Shown piece by piece: positions 1 through 8,820 of a stretch of DNA of 64,000 bases. The position numbers and the translations under genes are program-made. The DNA comes from Dehalococcoidales bacterium (GTDB taxonomy: Bacteria; Chloroflexota; Dehalococcoidia; Dehalococcoidales; UBA2162), in the NCBI GenBank assembly GCA_030690265.1, contig JAUYHA010000109.1, forward strand, positions 368-64,367. The letters run 5' to 3'. Under the pieces are notes generated by a model that worked only from the letters and a program-made list of their open reading frames with translations, was not told where the DNA came from and did no database searches. Position 1 is the first letter of the stretch; each line of letters begins with the position of its first letter.

Positions 1-366
1 ACAGGAACCCTGAATAAGTTAGAGGTCTTGATAAGTGATTCTGCTCCTTCGGGAAATATCAGACTGGGGGTGTATGCGGACAACAATGGCGTGCCGGGTG
101 AGCTCCTGCTTGATGCCGGTGAGGTAAGTATGAAAGACGGGTGGACGGGTATTAGCGGGCTCAGTTTACCGGTGACTGCTGGGGAATATTACTGGCTGGC
201 TTATCTACCAGAGAAAAGAGTAGGTGTAGTCTATCAGAGCACGGGGATGCCGGACGGTTCGCATAATTGCTATGCCTACCGTTACGGGCCTTTGCCTGAT
301 ACACCCCAGGTTAAATCGGTTAATAACACTCCATTTGTAATGAGGGCTACAGTCAATGTCTATTAG
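1..366 (+). CDS. 3' part of a larger protein (5' end outside window); beta-strand-rich, function unknown
   Basis: Frame 1 is open from base 1 (TGTLNKLEVL...) and runs into the listed 28..366 ORF. Gly/Tyr/Trp-rich sequence. No family recognised with confidence. Confidence 0.45.
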   Translation, partial: TGTLNKLEVLISDSAPSGNIRLGVYADNNGVPGELLLDAGEVSMKDGWTGISGLSLPVTAGEYYWLAYLPEKRVGVVYQSTGMPDGSHNCYAYRYGPLPDTPQVKSVNNTPFVMRATVNVY

Positions 367-571
367 CGGTCTGAGAACGGCAATAAAAGAGTGCCCTAAC
401 TGCTCTCACGAAAAAGTATGTGTCCACTGGAAATTTGCTAGAGGGACAGAACTTGACCTGAAGAATAAGGACTTCATTAAGACACTCGAGAAACTTGGGC
501 AAGATATAGCAGTAGGGTGTGGCGAGTATGACCAAAGAAAGATTCTCTCAGAAATAAGTAGTAGAAGATAG
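356..571 (+). CDS. Small hypothetical protein (71 aa, CPNC...C..H motif)
   Basis: ORF overlaps the previous stop by 11 nt and is followed by a strong hairpin terminator. No recognisable family. Confidence 0.35.
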   Translation: MSISGLRTAIKECPNCSHEKVCVHWKFARGTELDLKNKDFIKTLEKLGQDIAVGCGEYDQRKILSEISSRR

Positions 572-600
572 CCATTTTTGCACTTACCATAATATTTGTA

Positions 601-636
601 AAGGGGGAGCGTACGCTCCCCCTTTACTTCGTCTTT
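601..636 (+). terminator. Intrinsic terminator-like hairpin
   Basis: aagggggagcg/cgctccccctt perfect inverted repeat (601-624), followed by T-rich tacttcgtcttt. Lies 30 nt after the stop at 571. Confidence 0.6.
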
Positions 637-706
637 GACTGATAGATTATGGTGAGTTATACTGAGCTTAACCCCGGAAGCAAACCTGCATAATGCGAGA
701 ACAGGC

Positions 707-1600
707 TTGAAAATCAGAATACTAAACTGGCTCTTAATCGTTGATATCTATACCATCCTCCTGGTTCTGGGTATTCAACAAATTCCATCAACAATCATTC
801 GTTTCATTCTTGGCATACCACTGTTACTATTGTTCCCCGGTTATTCTTTGTTGAAAGCTCTCTTTGCCGGTCAGAGTGAAATGGGTTCCATCGAAAAGAT
901 AGCAATAAGTAGCATCATGAGTGTTGCTATCGTGGCTCTTATTGGACTTGCCTTGAATAATACGATATGGGGAATATCTCTAGAACCAGCTCTATACATT
1001 ATCGCGGCTTTTACTATAATGGCTTCTATCATTGCACTTATCAGACAGGCTTTGTCTTCAGGCGGTATAGAATGGTTAGTTGAGTTTGACGTTCGATGGT
1101 CTGCTATTTTTGTAATGTTAGCTGTGGTTTTAGCAATTATCGCATTGGGATATGCCGCGACGAAATTCAGACCTGGCGAGGCTTTTGCGGAATTTTATGT
1201 TCTGGGTCCCGCAGGGAAAGCGCAGGGCTATCCTTCCGAATTCTTTATGGAAGACGGTCAAATTGTCCGGATACTGTACAGCGACGGTAGGGAGACGGCC
1301 AGCCAATGGGGTGAGGTAATACTGGGTATCGTGAATCATGGACAAACAACGCCTTATTCTATCAAAGTGGTTATAGATGGTGAACAAGTCGGTATTATGT
1401 ATGAAGATACCCTTATGAACCAGCTGAGTAACATTGAACTGCTACCGAACGATAAATGGGAAGGGGAAATAGGTTTTACTCCCGGGCATATCGGTGACAA
1501 TCAAAAGGTTGACCTTTTACTGATTAAAGATGACGGCACCACAGAAGGCTCGCTGAGTTTATGGGTCGATGTAAAGGATTCTGAAACTGGTGCACCATAA
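707..1600 (+). CDS. DUF1616-like polytopic membrane protein with C-terminal soluble domain
   Basis: TTG start. N-terminal TM helices with the LLLLFPGYSLLKALF motif typical of DUF1616, a family common next to archaeal/Chloroflexi glycosylation genes. Convergent with the sugar-modification operon. Confidence 0.55.
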   Translation: MKIRILNWLLIVDIYTILLVLGIQQIPSTIIRFILGIPLLLLFPGYSLLKALFAGQSEMGSIEKIAISSIMSVAIVALIGLALNNTIWGISLEPALYIIAAFTIMASIIALIRQALSSGGIEWLVEFDVRWSAIFVMLAVVLAIIALGYAATKFRPGEAFAEFYVLGPAGKAQGYPSEFFMEDGQIVRILYSDGRETASQWGEVILGIVNHGQTTPYSIKVVIDGEQVGIMYEDTLMNQLSNIELLPNDKWEGEIGFTPGHIGDNQKVDLLLIKDDGTTEGSLSLWVDVKDSETGAP

Positions 1601-1811
1601 TTCCCCGAGCCTGCAACAGGCAGCCAAAACTGCTACCAGTATCTAGTGTAGTGTTTCTAACGCTTCGTTAGTATGCCCGATAACCATACCGACGAAAGTC
1701 GGTATCCAGTTGGGGCGGGACGGCTGGCTTCCGGCTGGAGTTTATCCCGTACCTGATACGGGGCCGGAATGGAATGAATAGGTATACTAACGCTATTTAC
1801 AATACACCACA

Positions 1812-2555
1812 CTAGAGCAGAACTCTATCGGCATCAATTTTTGCGAAATCCCCGACTGTTCCCGAAGTCTTGACCAGTGCCTCGCTTGTCTGGGGACCCA
1901 TGTTGAACAGGAGGTCGATTGTAGACATATTGGGTATAAAGCCAGAATACCGCTGCTGGTATACCGGGTGCTCAAAATTAAAGATTTTAAGTTCTATATC
2001 ATTCTGAGCAAATCTTTCAATCTCCAGATAGTTTCTTCCACTGGGGCCGGAAAGGTAAGCGCTGGCCCCGGCTTTCTTCATATAAGCGATAATGGCGTCA
2101 GTTTTTGTCACCTCGGGGTCTATGCCCAGCTCGCTCGCTCTTAATACTTCTACGTTAATGCTGAAACATTCCATCAGGAACAGGAGCAATGTCTCGTTCA
2201 ATTTCCATAGAAAGCCAAAATCTTCCTGATATACACTCTGAAAAAACTCCCGGTAGTCTTTCAGGTACGGCGTTTTGGCGTAATTCTGCGAGATGGTTTT
2301 CCAGTGGTCTTCTTGCCAGCTCCTGTTTTCCGGTAAAGGCACATCCATAATGCGGTCCAGATAATATTTTCGGTTTACAGGTATCGTCAGGTAGCACCAG
2401 CCATTTTGTGTTCTTACTTTATTCCGGTTAATGACACTATTGGTGGTGTATTGAGCGTTATCATATATGATTAGACTATCGGCATGAGCTATCTTGCTGA
2501 ACAATCCCAGCCAGGGAAGATAGTTCGGTTGATGCATGGTTACCATTTTCCCCAT
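1812..2555 (-). CDS. WbqC-family protein (O-antigen/glycan cluster protein of unknown chemistry)
   Basis: N-terminal MHQPNYLPWLGLFSKI matches the WbqC-like signature (MQPxYxPxxGYF). Last gene of a four-gene sugar-modification operon. Confidence 0.7.
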   Translation of the reverse strand: MGKMVTMHQPNYLPWLGLFSKIAHADSLIIYDNAQYTTNSVINRNKVRTQNGWCYLTIPVNRKYYLDRIMDVPLPENRSWQEDHWKTISQNYAKTPYLKDYREFFQSVYQEDFGFLWKLNETLLLFLMECFSINVEVLRASELGIDPEVTKTDAIIAYMKKAGASAYLSGPSGRNYLEIERFAQNDIELKIFNFEHPVYQQRYSGFIPNMSTIDLLFNMGPQTSEALVKTSGTVGDFAKIDADRVLL

Positions 2556-2564
2556 TTTAATACC

Positions 2565-3707
2565 CTATACTGTTATTTTCTCCCGTTTGCTTTCCTGTAG
2601 TACAGACTTGAAGGACTTGATAACGTAATCGATTTCCTCCGGGGTTATTTGCGGAAACATGGGCAAACAACAGATGTGTTTGAGAGTCTCATCTGCTCTG
2701 GCATACATCCCGAAACAGTAGCCGAACAATCGCTGGTAAACCGGCTGTAGATGGCAGGGCGGGTCATAGATAGAACCCAGTTCAATGTCATATTCCTCCT
2801 TCATTCTTTCAGTGAGTTTTAATCGGTCGATAAATGGAGACAAAAAAGTGGCATACTTATAGTAGCTGTGCCGGATGTTGGATGGAACGTAGAATAAGCG
2901 TACTCCTTCTGTACCTGCAAGCGCTTCGGAATACCGCCGGGCTATCGCATTTCTCTTTGCCAGGTTGGACTCCAGCGCCTTCAATTGATAAAGACCCAGC
3001 AAGGCGGTTACTTCGTCCATTAGCCAGTCGTTGCCCAGATTGATTATGTGAGTTAGTCCGTTGCCGACCCCATGGTGCCTCAGGCTGACTGCGTAATCGG
3101 CGAGGTTATCATCATCGGTTGTTATCATTCCACCGGTGCCAGTGGTCATTACCTTGGTAGGATAAAATGAAAAGCATCCGGCATGCCCGAGGCTTCCCGT
3201 CTTTTTACCATTAATCGTAGCTCCGTGGGCATGAGCTACATCTTCGATTAAGAAAAGTCCTCTCTCTTTACAGATCGTCTGTATCTCATTTATATCCGGG
3301 CAAGGTAAACCGGCGATATGGACGACAATGACTCCCTTCGTCAGAGGTGTTATCCTCTGGCGGAGGTCTTCAGGGTCAAGACACAGGGTATCAGGCTTGA
3401 TATCCGCCAGTACCGTTTGTCCACCGGCGTAGAGGACGGCGTTGCTGGTGGCGATGAAAGTGTTGGTTGGCACAATTATCTCTTTCCCGACCACGTCGTA
3501 GTATCTGAGGGTAATTTCCAATGCGGAGGTGCAGGAGCTTACGGCAACCGCCCGCTTGACCCCGCAGTACTCTTGAAACAGGGTTTCAAATCTACGGGTA
3601 TATGGCCCCAGGATTAGCCTGCCGCTTCTCAATATTGAAGGTATCTCCCTGGAAATTGACTCTATATCCTCTTCGCTAAAAAATGGTTTTGCTGATGGTA
3701 TGCCCAT
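2565..3707 (-). CDS. DegT/DnrJ/EryC1/StrS-family PLP-dependent sugar aminotransferase
   Basis: Full-length similarity pattern: FFSEEDIESI...LGPYTRRFE...VSSCTSALE...FSFYPTK(V) with the PLP-lysine region. Confidence 0.9.
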   Translation of the reverse strand: MGIPSAKPFFSEEDIESISREIPSILRSGRLILGPYTRRFETLFQEYCGVKRAVAVSSCTSALEITLRYYDVVGKEIIVPTNTFIATSNAVLYAGGQTVLADIKPDTLCLDPEDLRQRITPLTKGVIVVHIAGLPCPDINEIQTICKERGLFLIEDVAHAHGATINGKKTGSLGHAGCFSFYPTKVMTTGTGGMITTDDDNLADYAVSLRHHGVGNGLTHIINLGNDWLMDEVTALLGLYQLKALESNLAKRNAIARRYSEALAGTEGVRLFYVPSNIRHSYYKYATFLSPFIDRLKLTERMKEEYDIELGSIYDPPCHLQPVYQRLFGYCFGMYARADETLKHICCLPMFPQITPEEIDYVIKSFKSVLQESKREKITV

Positions 3708-3716
3708 AATATTCTC

Positions 3717-4355
3717 CTAGTAGATTAATCTTATAAGCTCAAAAGTCTCTGCGTATTCAGTATCCAGCTGCGCTCCCCGGGTGCAGCAGAGTGACCTGGT
3801 ATTCTTCTCATTCATATAACCTCTTTCTTTTTGGGAAGCGTACTCCTTTAATGCCAGGAGTTTCTTCTCAAGGTGCTCCGGCTTCAACCTGACAAAGATT
3901 TCGGTGGTAAAAGAAACATTATTCCACGGCAGCTCGTATCCCCAGATAGATGCCTCTCTTTTGAATGCTCTCAACGCTTCGTGATAAATGGTGCCGTGGT
4001 CCTGGTGCACATCCTGCGATGACGGTACCAGCACCAGCTCCGGGTTAAGCTGATTCTTGAGTTTGACCAGGTCCTCCAGGATTTGCTGTCTGTGGTCCGG
4101 AAATGTTCTTACCTGGTAGAACAGCAATGTTACTTTTTCCGGAGGTATGCCCATGACCTTTGTTGATTTCATACATTCTTTTCTCAGGATGTCTTTGGGC
4201 AGGCCATTCGGTACAGAAGTCTCGCAGCCGGAAAAAGCGACATAATATAAATCTTTCCCTTCTTCCAGAAGTCTGGCAATGGTGCCTCCGGCGCCAAGTT
4301 CCCCATCATCGGTATGCGGGCTGAGCACCAGCACTTTCTTTAAATTCATTAGCAT
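3717..4355 (-). CDS. PIG-L/LmbE-family N-acetyl-sugar deacetylase
   Basis: VLVLSPHTDDGELGAGG (the PHxDDxxxG zinc motif) and a downstream HQDH motif. Confidence 0.85.
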   Translation of the reverse strand: MLMNLKKVLVLSPHTDDGELGAGGTIARLLEEGKDLYYVAFSGCETSVPNGLPKDILRKECMKSTKVMGIPPEKVTLLFYQVRTFPDHRQQILEDLVKLKNQLNPELVLVPSSQDVHQDHGTIYHEALRAFKREASIWGYELPWNNVSFTTEIFVRLKPEHLEKKLLALKEYASQKERGYMNEKNTRSLCCTRGAQLDTEYAETFELIRLIY

Positions 4356-4373
4356 ACTTTAGCTCCAGTCTAA

Positions 4374-5513
4374 TCAGACGAGTAGTTTGCTCGGCACTCT
4401 CGATTCAAACCGTCTTACGCTGTCAACGACGTAACTAATGTCTTCATCTGGCAGCTCAGGATACATCGGCAATGAAAGAACCTGCTCCTGGGCTAATTCG
4501 CTCTCAGGAAAATCTCCTACCCTGTAGCGTAAAGTTTTAAAAGCTTCTTGAAGGTGCAGGGAGAGCGGGTAATATACATTGGTTTCAATGCCTTCGGAAG
4601 TCAGGTAATTGCGCAGCTGCTCACGGTTTAGATGATGATTGCGTAGACGTACCGTATAGTAGTTTGCCGAAGTCGTGTTATATTCGGCGGTAAAGGGTGG
4701 CTCGATGCCGTCCATCTGGCTGAGCAACTCTGAATATAATTCGGCCTTTTGACGGCGGATGCTGCTCCAGCAGTCTATGTGCTTCAGTTTTACATTGAGT
4801 ATTGCGGCCTGTATGGCGTCGAGGCGGCTATTGAAGCCGGGTAAAATATGATGATAAGCTGCTCTTGCTCCGTGATTCCGCAGCATTCTGACCCTTTCGG
4901 CTATCTCGGCGTTGTTGGTTACGACCATCCCGCCGTCCCCGAAAGCGCCAAGGTTCTTGGAAGGGAAGAAGCTGAAACAGCCCGCGTCTCCGATTGACCC
5001 AACCTTCCTGCCTCGGTATTCGCCGCTAAAAGCCTGTGCAGCATCTTCGATTACTTTCAGGTTGTATTTCTTTGCCAGAGCAAGAATTTCATCCATATCG
5101 GCTGACTGTCCGAAAAGATGGACCGGTAAGATTGCTCTCGTTTTCGAAGAAATCTGAGGTTCGATAAGTCCCGGGTCGATATTGTAGGTCAGGGGGTCGA
5201 TATCGGCGAATACCGGTACAGCCCCGCAATGCGCTATTGCCATAGCCGTGGCGATAAATGTGAACGGCGTGGTGATTACCTCATCACCCGGTCCGATGCC
5301 GCAAGCCTTCAGACTGAGAATAAGTGCATCTGTTCCGGAAGAAACACCGATGGCAAACTCCGTATTGCAATAGTTAGCCATTTCTATTTCGAATTTTTCC
5401 ACCTCGGAGCCGAGAATGAACCTGCCTGATTGGACTACCCGTTGAATGGCGCCGTCTATCTCGTCCTTCAATGAGGTATACTCTACGGTTAAATCAGTCA
5501 TTGGAATACGCAT
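4374..5513 (-). CDS. Second DegT-family sugar aminotransferase
   Basis: Typical DegT sequence (GSEVEKFE...SSGTDAL...FSFFPSKNLG). Start placed at the ATG at 5513, preceded by GGTGGAGG plus 6 nt. The track ORF extends to 5555. Confidence 0.9.
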   Translation of the reverse strand: MRIPMTDLTVEYTSLKDEIDGAIQRVVQSGRFILGSEVEKFEIEMANYCNTEFAIGVSSGTDALILSLKACGIGPGDEVITTPFTFIATAMAIAHCGAVPVFADIDPLTYNIDPGLIEPQISSKTRAILPVHLFGQSADMDEILALAKKYNLKVIEDAAQAFSGEYRGRKVGSIGDAGCFSFFPSKNLGAFGDGGMVVTNNAEIAERVRMLRNHGARAAYHHILPGFNSRLDAIQAAILNVKLKHIDCWSSIRRQKAELYSELLSQMDGIEPPFTAEYNTTSANYYTVRLRNHHLNREQLRNYLTSEGIETNVYYPLSLHLQEAFKTLRYRVGDFPESELAQEQVLSLPMYPELPDEDISYVVDSVRRFESRVPSKLLV

Positions 5514-5814
5514 TCTTAACCTCCACCAATTGTTCTTACTTATGGATGACCTCACTAATCTTCATACTCAATTACTTAATTAAATTATTAAACCAGGTCT
5601 TTTTGGCACACAAGTGATACAACCTAACTATTCCGACCGAATTATTCCGGTAGAAACAGACTCATCAGATTCAGATAAGTATGTCGCAAAGGCAGGAAGC
5701 TGCTTCCTCCAGGAGTTCATTTAAACCGGAGGTACCCTGAGATGAAACGTAGCAGCTAACAGCCCTGCTAACGCTCATCGGGGCAGTCCTTTTACGTGAA
5801 CAGAGTTGCACCGG

Positions 5815-6024
5815 TCACGGTTTCCATACCTTGTAGCCATAACTCTGTGAGTTAAGAATCTGTACAACGTCGTCCCTCATAAACCTTCTGTCGCCTCGCG
5901 GGCCGATTCTGTATGCCTTTAAAATCCCCTGATTGCTCCAACGCCTGACAGTGTTAATATGTACGTTAAGCATATTTGCCACTCCACTACTGGTCATCAT
6001 TTTGTTTCGTATTCTGGTTACCAT
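5815..6024 (-). CDS. Small excisionase/MerR-type helix-turn-helix DNA-binding protein (69 aa)
   Basis: Core LNVHINTVRRWSNQGILKAYRIGPRGDRRF. GGAG site upstream. Paralogue at 22289..22516. Confidence 0.7.
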   Translation of the reverse strand: MVTRIRNKMMTSSGVANMLNVHINTVRRWSNQGILKAYRIGPRGDRRFMRDDVVQILNSQSYGYKVWKP

Positions 6025-6236
6025 TTTCGGCTCCTTTTTCTGTTATTAGCTTGCTTAACCTGCAACTGGAGATTAGTCGGTGAACTGTACCCCTATCCTC
6101 CAGGTGTTTCCCTTTCGTCATTAACTAACGCTTAAAATGATTAAAGGGATTTACCTTTTCCTCCCCCTTTTTCTTCTATTACATTTTTCTGACCTCCTTT
6201 CTAACTGGTAAATGCCTCTTACTCTTTTTCCGAGTA

Positions 6237-6266
6237 TTGACAATAATCTTGGCGAGGTTATATCAT
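6237..6266 (+). promoter_or_regulatory. Candidate sigma70-type promoter (TTGACA-18 nt-TATCAT)
   Basis: TTGACA at 6237-6242 and TATCAT at 6261-6266, in a 650-bp non-coding gap. It would start a transcript at about 6273. Confidence 0.35.
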
Positions 6267-6294
6267 AAAAAAGTGTTGGGTTCACTCCCGACAC
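6267..6294 (-). terminator. Intrinsic terminator for the minus-strand glycan operon (hairpin + T6 on minus strand)
   Basis: gtgttggg/cccgacac stem (6273-6294, one G-U pair), preceded on the plus strand by AAAAAA (6267-6272), which reads TTTTTT on the minus strand. Confidence 0.45.
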
Positions 6295-6295
6295 A

Positions 6296-6338
6296 GGAGA
6301 CCCCTGATGGCTTGCTGGCTGCGGGGGTCTCCCTTTTT
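6296..6338 (+). terminator. Plus-strand intrinsic terminator (9-bp GC stem + T5)
   Basis: ggagacccc (6296-6304) pairs with ggggtctcc (6324-6332), followed by ctttttattatt. Confidence 0.5.
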
Positions 6339-6681
6339 ATTATTTATTTATTCTTCGAAGCCCGGTGGGGGACGTAACGTTATCAGGGCCTCAAATTTGT
6401 TTTAGAGCTGTAAAATTCAAACCATAAAGACTCCTCGAATAAAAATAAACGCTCTCATCCATAAAGACTCGGGGGAATTTGGTTTGAAATAGAAGCAAGG
6501 CAACGTATATGTATCTCTCCTCACCGCAATACCCCTTGTGTAACTTCTCTTGACTAATATTAACTCTAAAGGTCTTAAAAAATCATAAAATCAGCCGTGA
6601 AAAGATTACAATAATATAACATTTTGAAGAGTTTTCATCTTGCGTGGTTTAAGATTGAGTGAGAGGAAAACGGAGAGTGAA

Positions 6682-7098
6682 CTATACGGGAAGTTGCAGT
6701 AGTTTGATTGCTAGAATTGCCAGGAACACGGCGAACATAACAGTGCCTGTTATGTTGAGCCCTGCTTTTTGCCCGGGGCTAATATCAATGTAGGCGGGTG
6801 TGATAGATAAGAAGGCAAGAAAATTTACTACAAAGTAGGCAGATATGTCGGTCTGCCCGAAAAAAGCGAAGAGAACGTTCAGAGCGCTAAGAGCCAAAAA
6901 AAGAGAGAAAATTATTTTATCAGCCGTGCTCAAAGAACCTGCTCTTCCACCCGCTAAAATAGCTGCCGTCAGGCCTATAATTGATAGGGACAAACCGGCT
7001 GCTTCCAGCAGCACTGAGCCGAGATACAGATAAGAGACCAACCCGATCGCTGCTCCTGCCGGTATCAGAAGAATGCCTGAAATCCGGTAAGCTTTCAT
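6682..7098 (-). CDS. Small integral membrane protein (about 4 TM), unknown function
   Basis: Hydrophobic throughout. ATGA overlap with the upstream gene. Last gene of the long minus-strand operon. Confidence 0.55.
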   Translation of the reverse strand: MKAYRISGILLIPAGAAIGLVSYLYLGSVLLEAAGLSLSIIGLTAAILAGGRAGSLSTADKIIFSLFLALSALNVLFAFFGQTDISAYFVVNFLAFLSITPAYIDISPGQKAGLNITGTVMFAVFLAILAIKLLQLPV

Positions 7099-8801
7099 AA
7101 ATCCTCCTTCATCTTTCTCTGGAAGCTTGATGATGACCAGTTATTACGGCGCAAGCGCCTGCGTGTGAATACTATTACCGGAACTACTGCTGCAACCAGA
7201 ATACCCGCGCCGAAAATGATGGAGCCTACCGGGAGACCGCTGCTCGGGTATTTGCCTGGCTCTGCTGGCAGAGTAGGAGGCTGAGTTGCTGGTGTGGACA
7301 GAGGAGGTTCATAGATTACTGTTATAGTCACGTCTTCTGAAGCGCTCATAATGCCATCTGAGGCTTTGAACTGGATGTGATGAGGTCCTGCCTGATTGGG
7401 CTCCGGTGTCCACGAGAAAATATGCGTGGACGGGTCGAAACTGGCTCCCTCAGGAAGATTGAAAGCTGAATAGGTCACAGGCTTACCATCAGGACTTACG
7501 GCTGATACGTATAGCGACAGATTATTTCCTACTCTGACTGTTTTTCCCCCGGACAGGCTGATTTCCGGAGGTTCGTTCTTAAACGGGGTCAGGTACACCA
7601 GAGAATCGCTTTCCGAGTAGTAGCTGGCGGTTATCCAGGAGTCTTGCCTGGATACGTTTGAAATACGCACTTCTCGTATCCGTCCCTCGAACCAGTTTTT
7701 CATATTTCTGGTTCCTATCCGTATTGGCTCCGTTCCGTTCTCGGGATAGATTTCGGCAAAAGCGTCAGGACCTTTGTAAAAATCAGCCCTGACAAACTTG
7801 CCGTTACGATAAATGTAGGTCTGCTGACTATCAACTTTAGCGGTAATATATACCCACTCGTTCTCTTTAATAGGTTCCTGCGTGTATGACCCGCTTCCGG
7901 CTCCACCCTGAAGATTGTCAAGATAAAAGGATATTCTTTGCGGCCTTTGACTGTCCCTGCTATAAAACACAAACGACCACTCATATTGACCAATATCACC
8001 TTTTCCCATGAAGTTTATGTAACCGTCAGTCGAACTATCAAAGTTCAAAGTTGAGGGGCTGAGCCAGAGACTTATCGTAAGCTCGCCGGTGGTGGTTACC
8101 GAAAAATCATCATTATCAGGTACCTCCAGATATTCAGAACCGTCAAAGGTTGTCCAGTCGCTTGTTGTAAAGAGTTGAGAGGGATTTGGACCGGCCAGAG
8201 CATTGTTATGATGAGCTGCCGAATCCCTGAATATGCCGGGTGTTAAGTTCCTGCTTCGTTTCAGGTGCTGTACCATAACGAAATTGCTGTCCCACACTTT
8301 TTCAGCCGCTACGGAACCGGAGTCCCCGACCATATCGTTGTTGTCAACCTGAGTGTTATCGTAATACAGATAAAGTATAGTGTCCGCACTGGTAGATAAG
8401 ATGGGCACCTTTACCCATAGAAATGCCTCTTTCTTAAACGTGTCCCATTCTTCAATCTCAACATAGAGTTGTGTCACCCCGTCTTCAGTGGTTAAGGTAA
8501 TTTTACGCCGGTTATCGTAACTACCAAGAATTGTGAATATCGATGAGACGTCTGCTCCGCTAATACCGGAAGATGAGCTCAGATGTATTAGAAGAGGAAA
8601 ATCAAAAAGAGTAGCCTGAATCCTGGTATGGTCAACAGTGATTTTGATTCTGTAATCCCAGCCGGCGAGCCAGCTCTCCTTGGCCGCCCGCGCTTCTGAA
8701 TTCGAAATTCCTTCGAAGGGTGCAAAAAGCGCAAGCAGCACTACGAAAATGCTTACCAGCGTCTTACCCATTCTCTTTAGTTTCCTTTTGGTGTTTATCA
8801 T
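7095..8801 (-). CDS. Secreted, C-terminally membrane-anchored DUF2341 + LamG (concanavalin-like) + putative Ig (He_PIG-like) domain protein
   Basis: Signal peptide MINTKRKLKRMGKTLVSIFVVLLALFA. WLAGWDYRIKITVDH...LFDFPLLIHL is the DUF2341 signature. A LamG-like middle region follows, then FNLPEGASFDPSTHIFSWTPEPNQAG (Ig-like), then a C-terminal TM plus RRRLRR. Start moved to ATG 8801; the track start at 8918 overlaps the flippase gene. Confidence 0.7.
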   Translation of the reverse strand: MINTKRKLKRMGKTLVSIFVVLLALFAPFEGISNSEARAAKESWLAGWDYRIKITVDHTRIQATLFDFPLLIHLSSSSGISGADVSSIFTILGSYDNRRKITLTTEDGVTQLYVEIEEWDTFKKEAFLWVKVPILSTSADTILYLYYDNTQVDNNDMVGDSGSVAAEKVWDSNFVMVQHLKRSRNLTPGIFRDSAAHHNNALAGPNPSQLFTTSDWTTFDGSEYLEVPDNDDFSVTTTGELTISLWLSPSTLNFDSSTDGYINFMGKGDIGQYEWSFVFYSRDSQRPQRISFYLDNLQGGAGSGSYTQEPIKENEWVYITAKVDSQQTYIYRNGKFVRADFYKGPDAFAEIYPENGTEPIRIGTRNMKNWFEGRIREVRISNVSRQDSWITASYYSESDSLVYLTPFKNEPPEISLSGGKTVRVGNNLSLYVSAVSPDGKPVTYSAFNLPEGASFDPSTHIFSWTPEPNQAGPHHIQFKASDGIMSASEDVTITVIYEPPLSTPATQPPTLPAEPGKYPSSGLPVGSIIFGAGILVAAVVPVIVFTRRRLRRNNWSSSSFQRKMKEDL

Positions 8802-8820
8802 ATTTAAGCAATCCTGAATT

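Noticed and set aside
6179-6184. Start-stop mini-ORF (AGGAGGtcagaaaaATGTAA) on the minus strand in the leader of the mini-HTH gene
   Set aside because: It is real in the sequence, but a lone ATG-TAA after an SD-like purine run is easily produced by chance in this purine-rich leader. There is no supporting evidence.
6399-6410. String GTTTTAGAGCTG, identical to the 5' end of the Streptococcus pyogenes type II-A CRISPR repeat
   Set aside because: It occurs only once. There is no repeat-spacer periodicity, no cas genes and no tracrRNA-like partner in the window. I treated it as coincidence.
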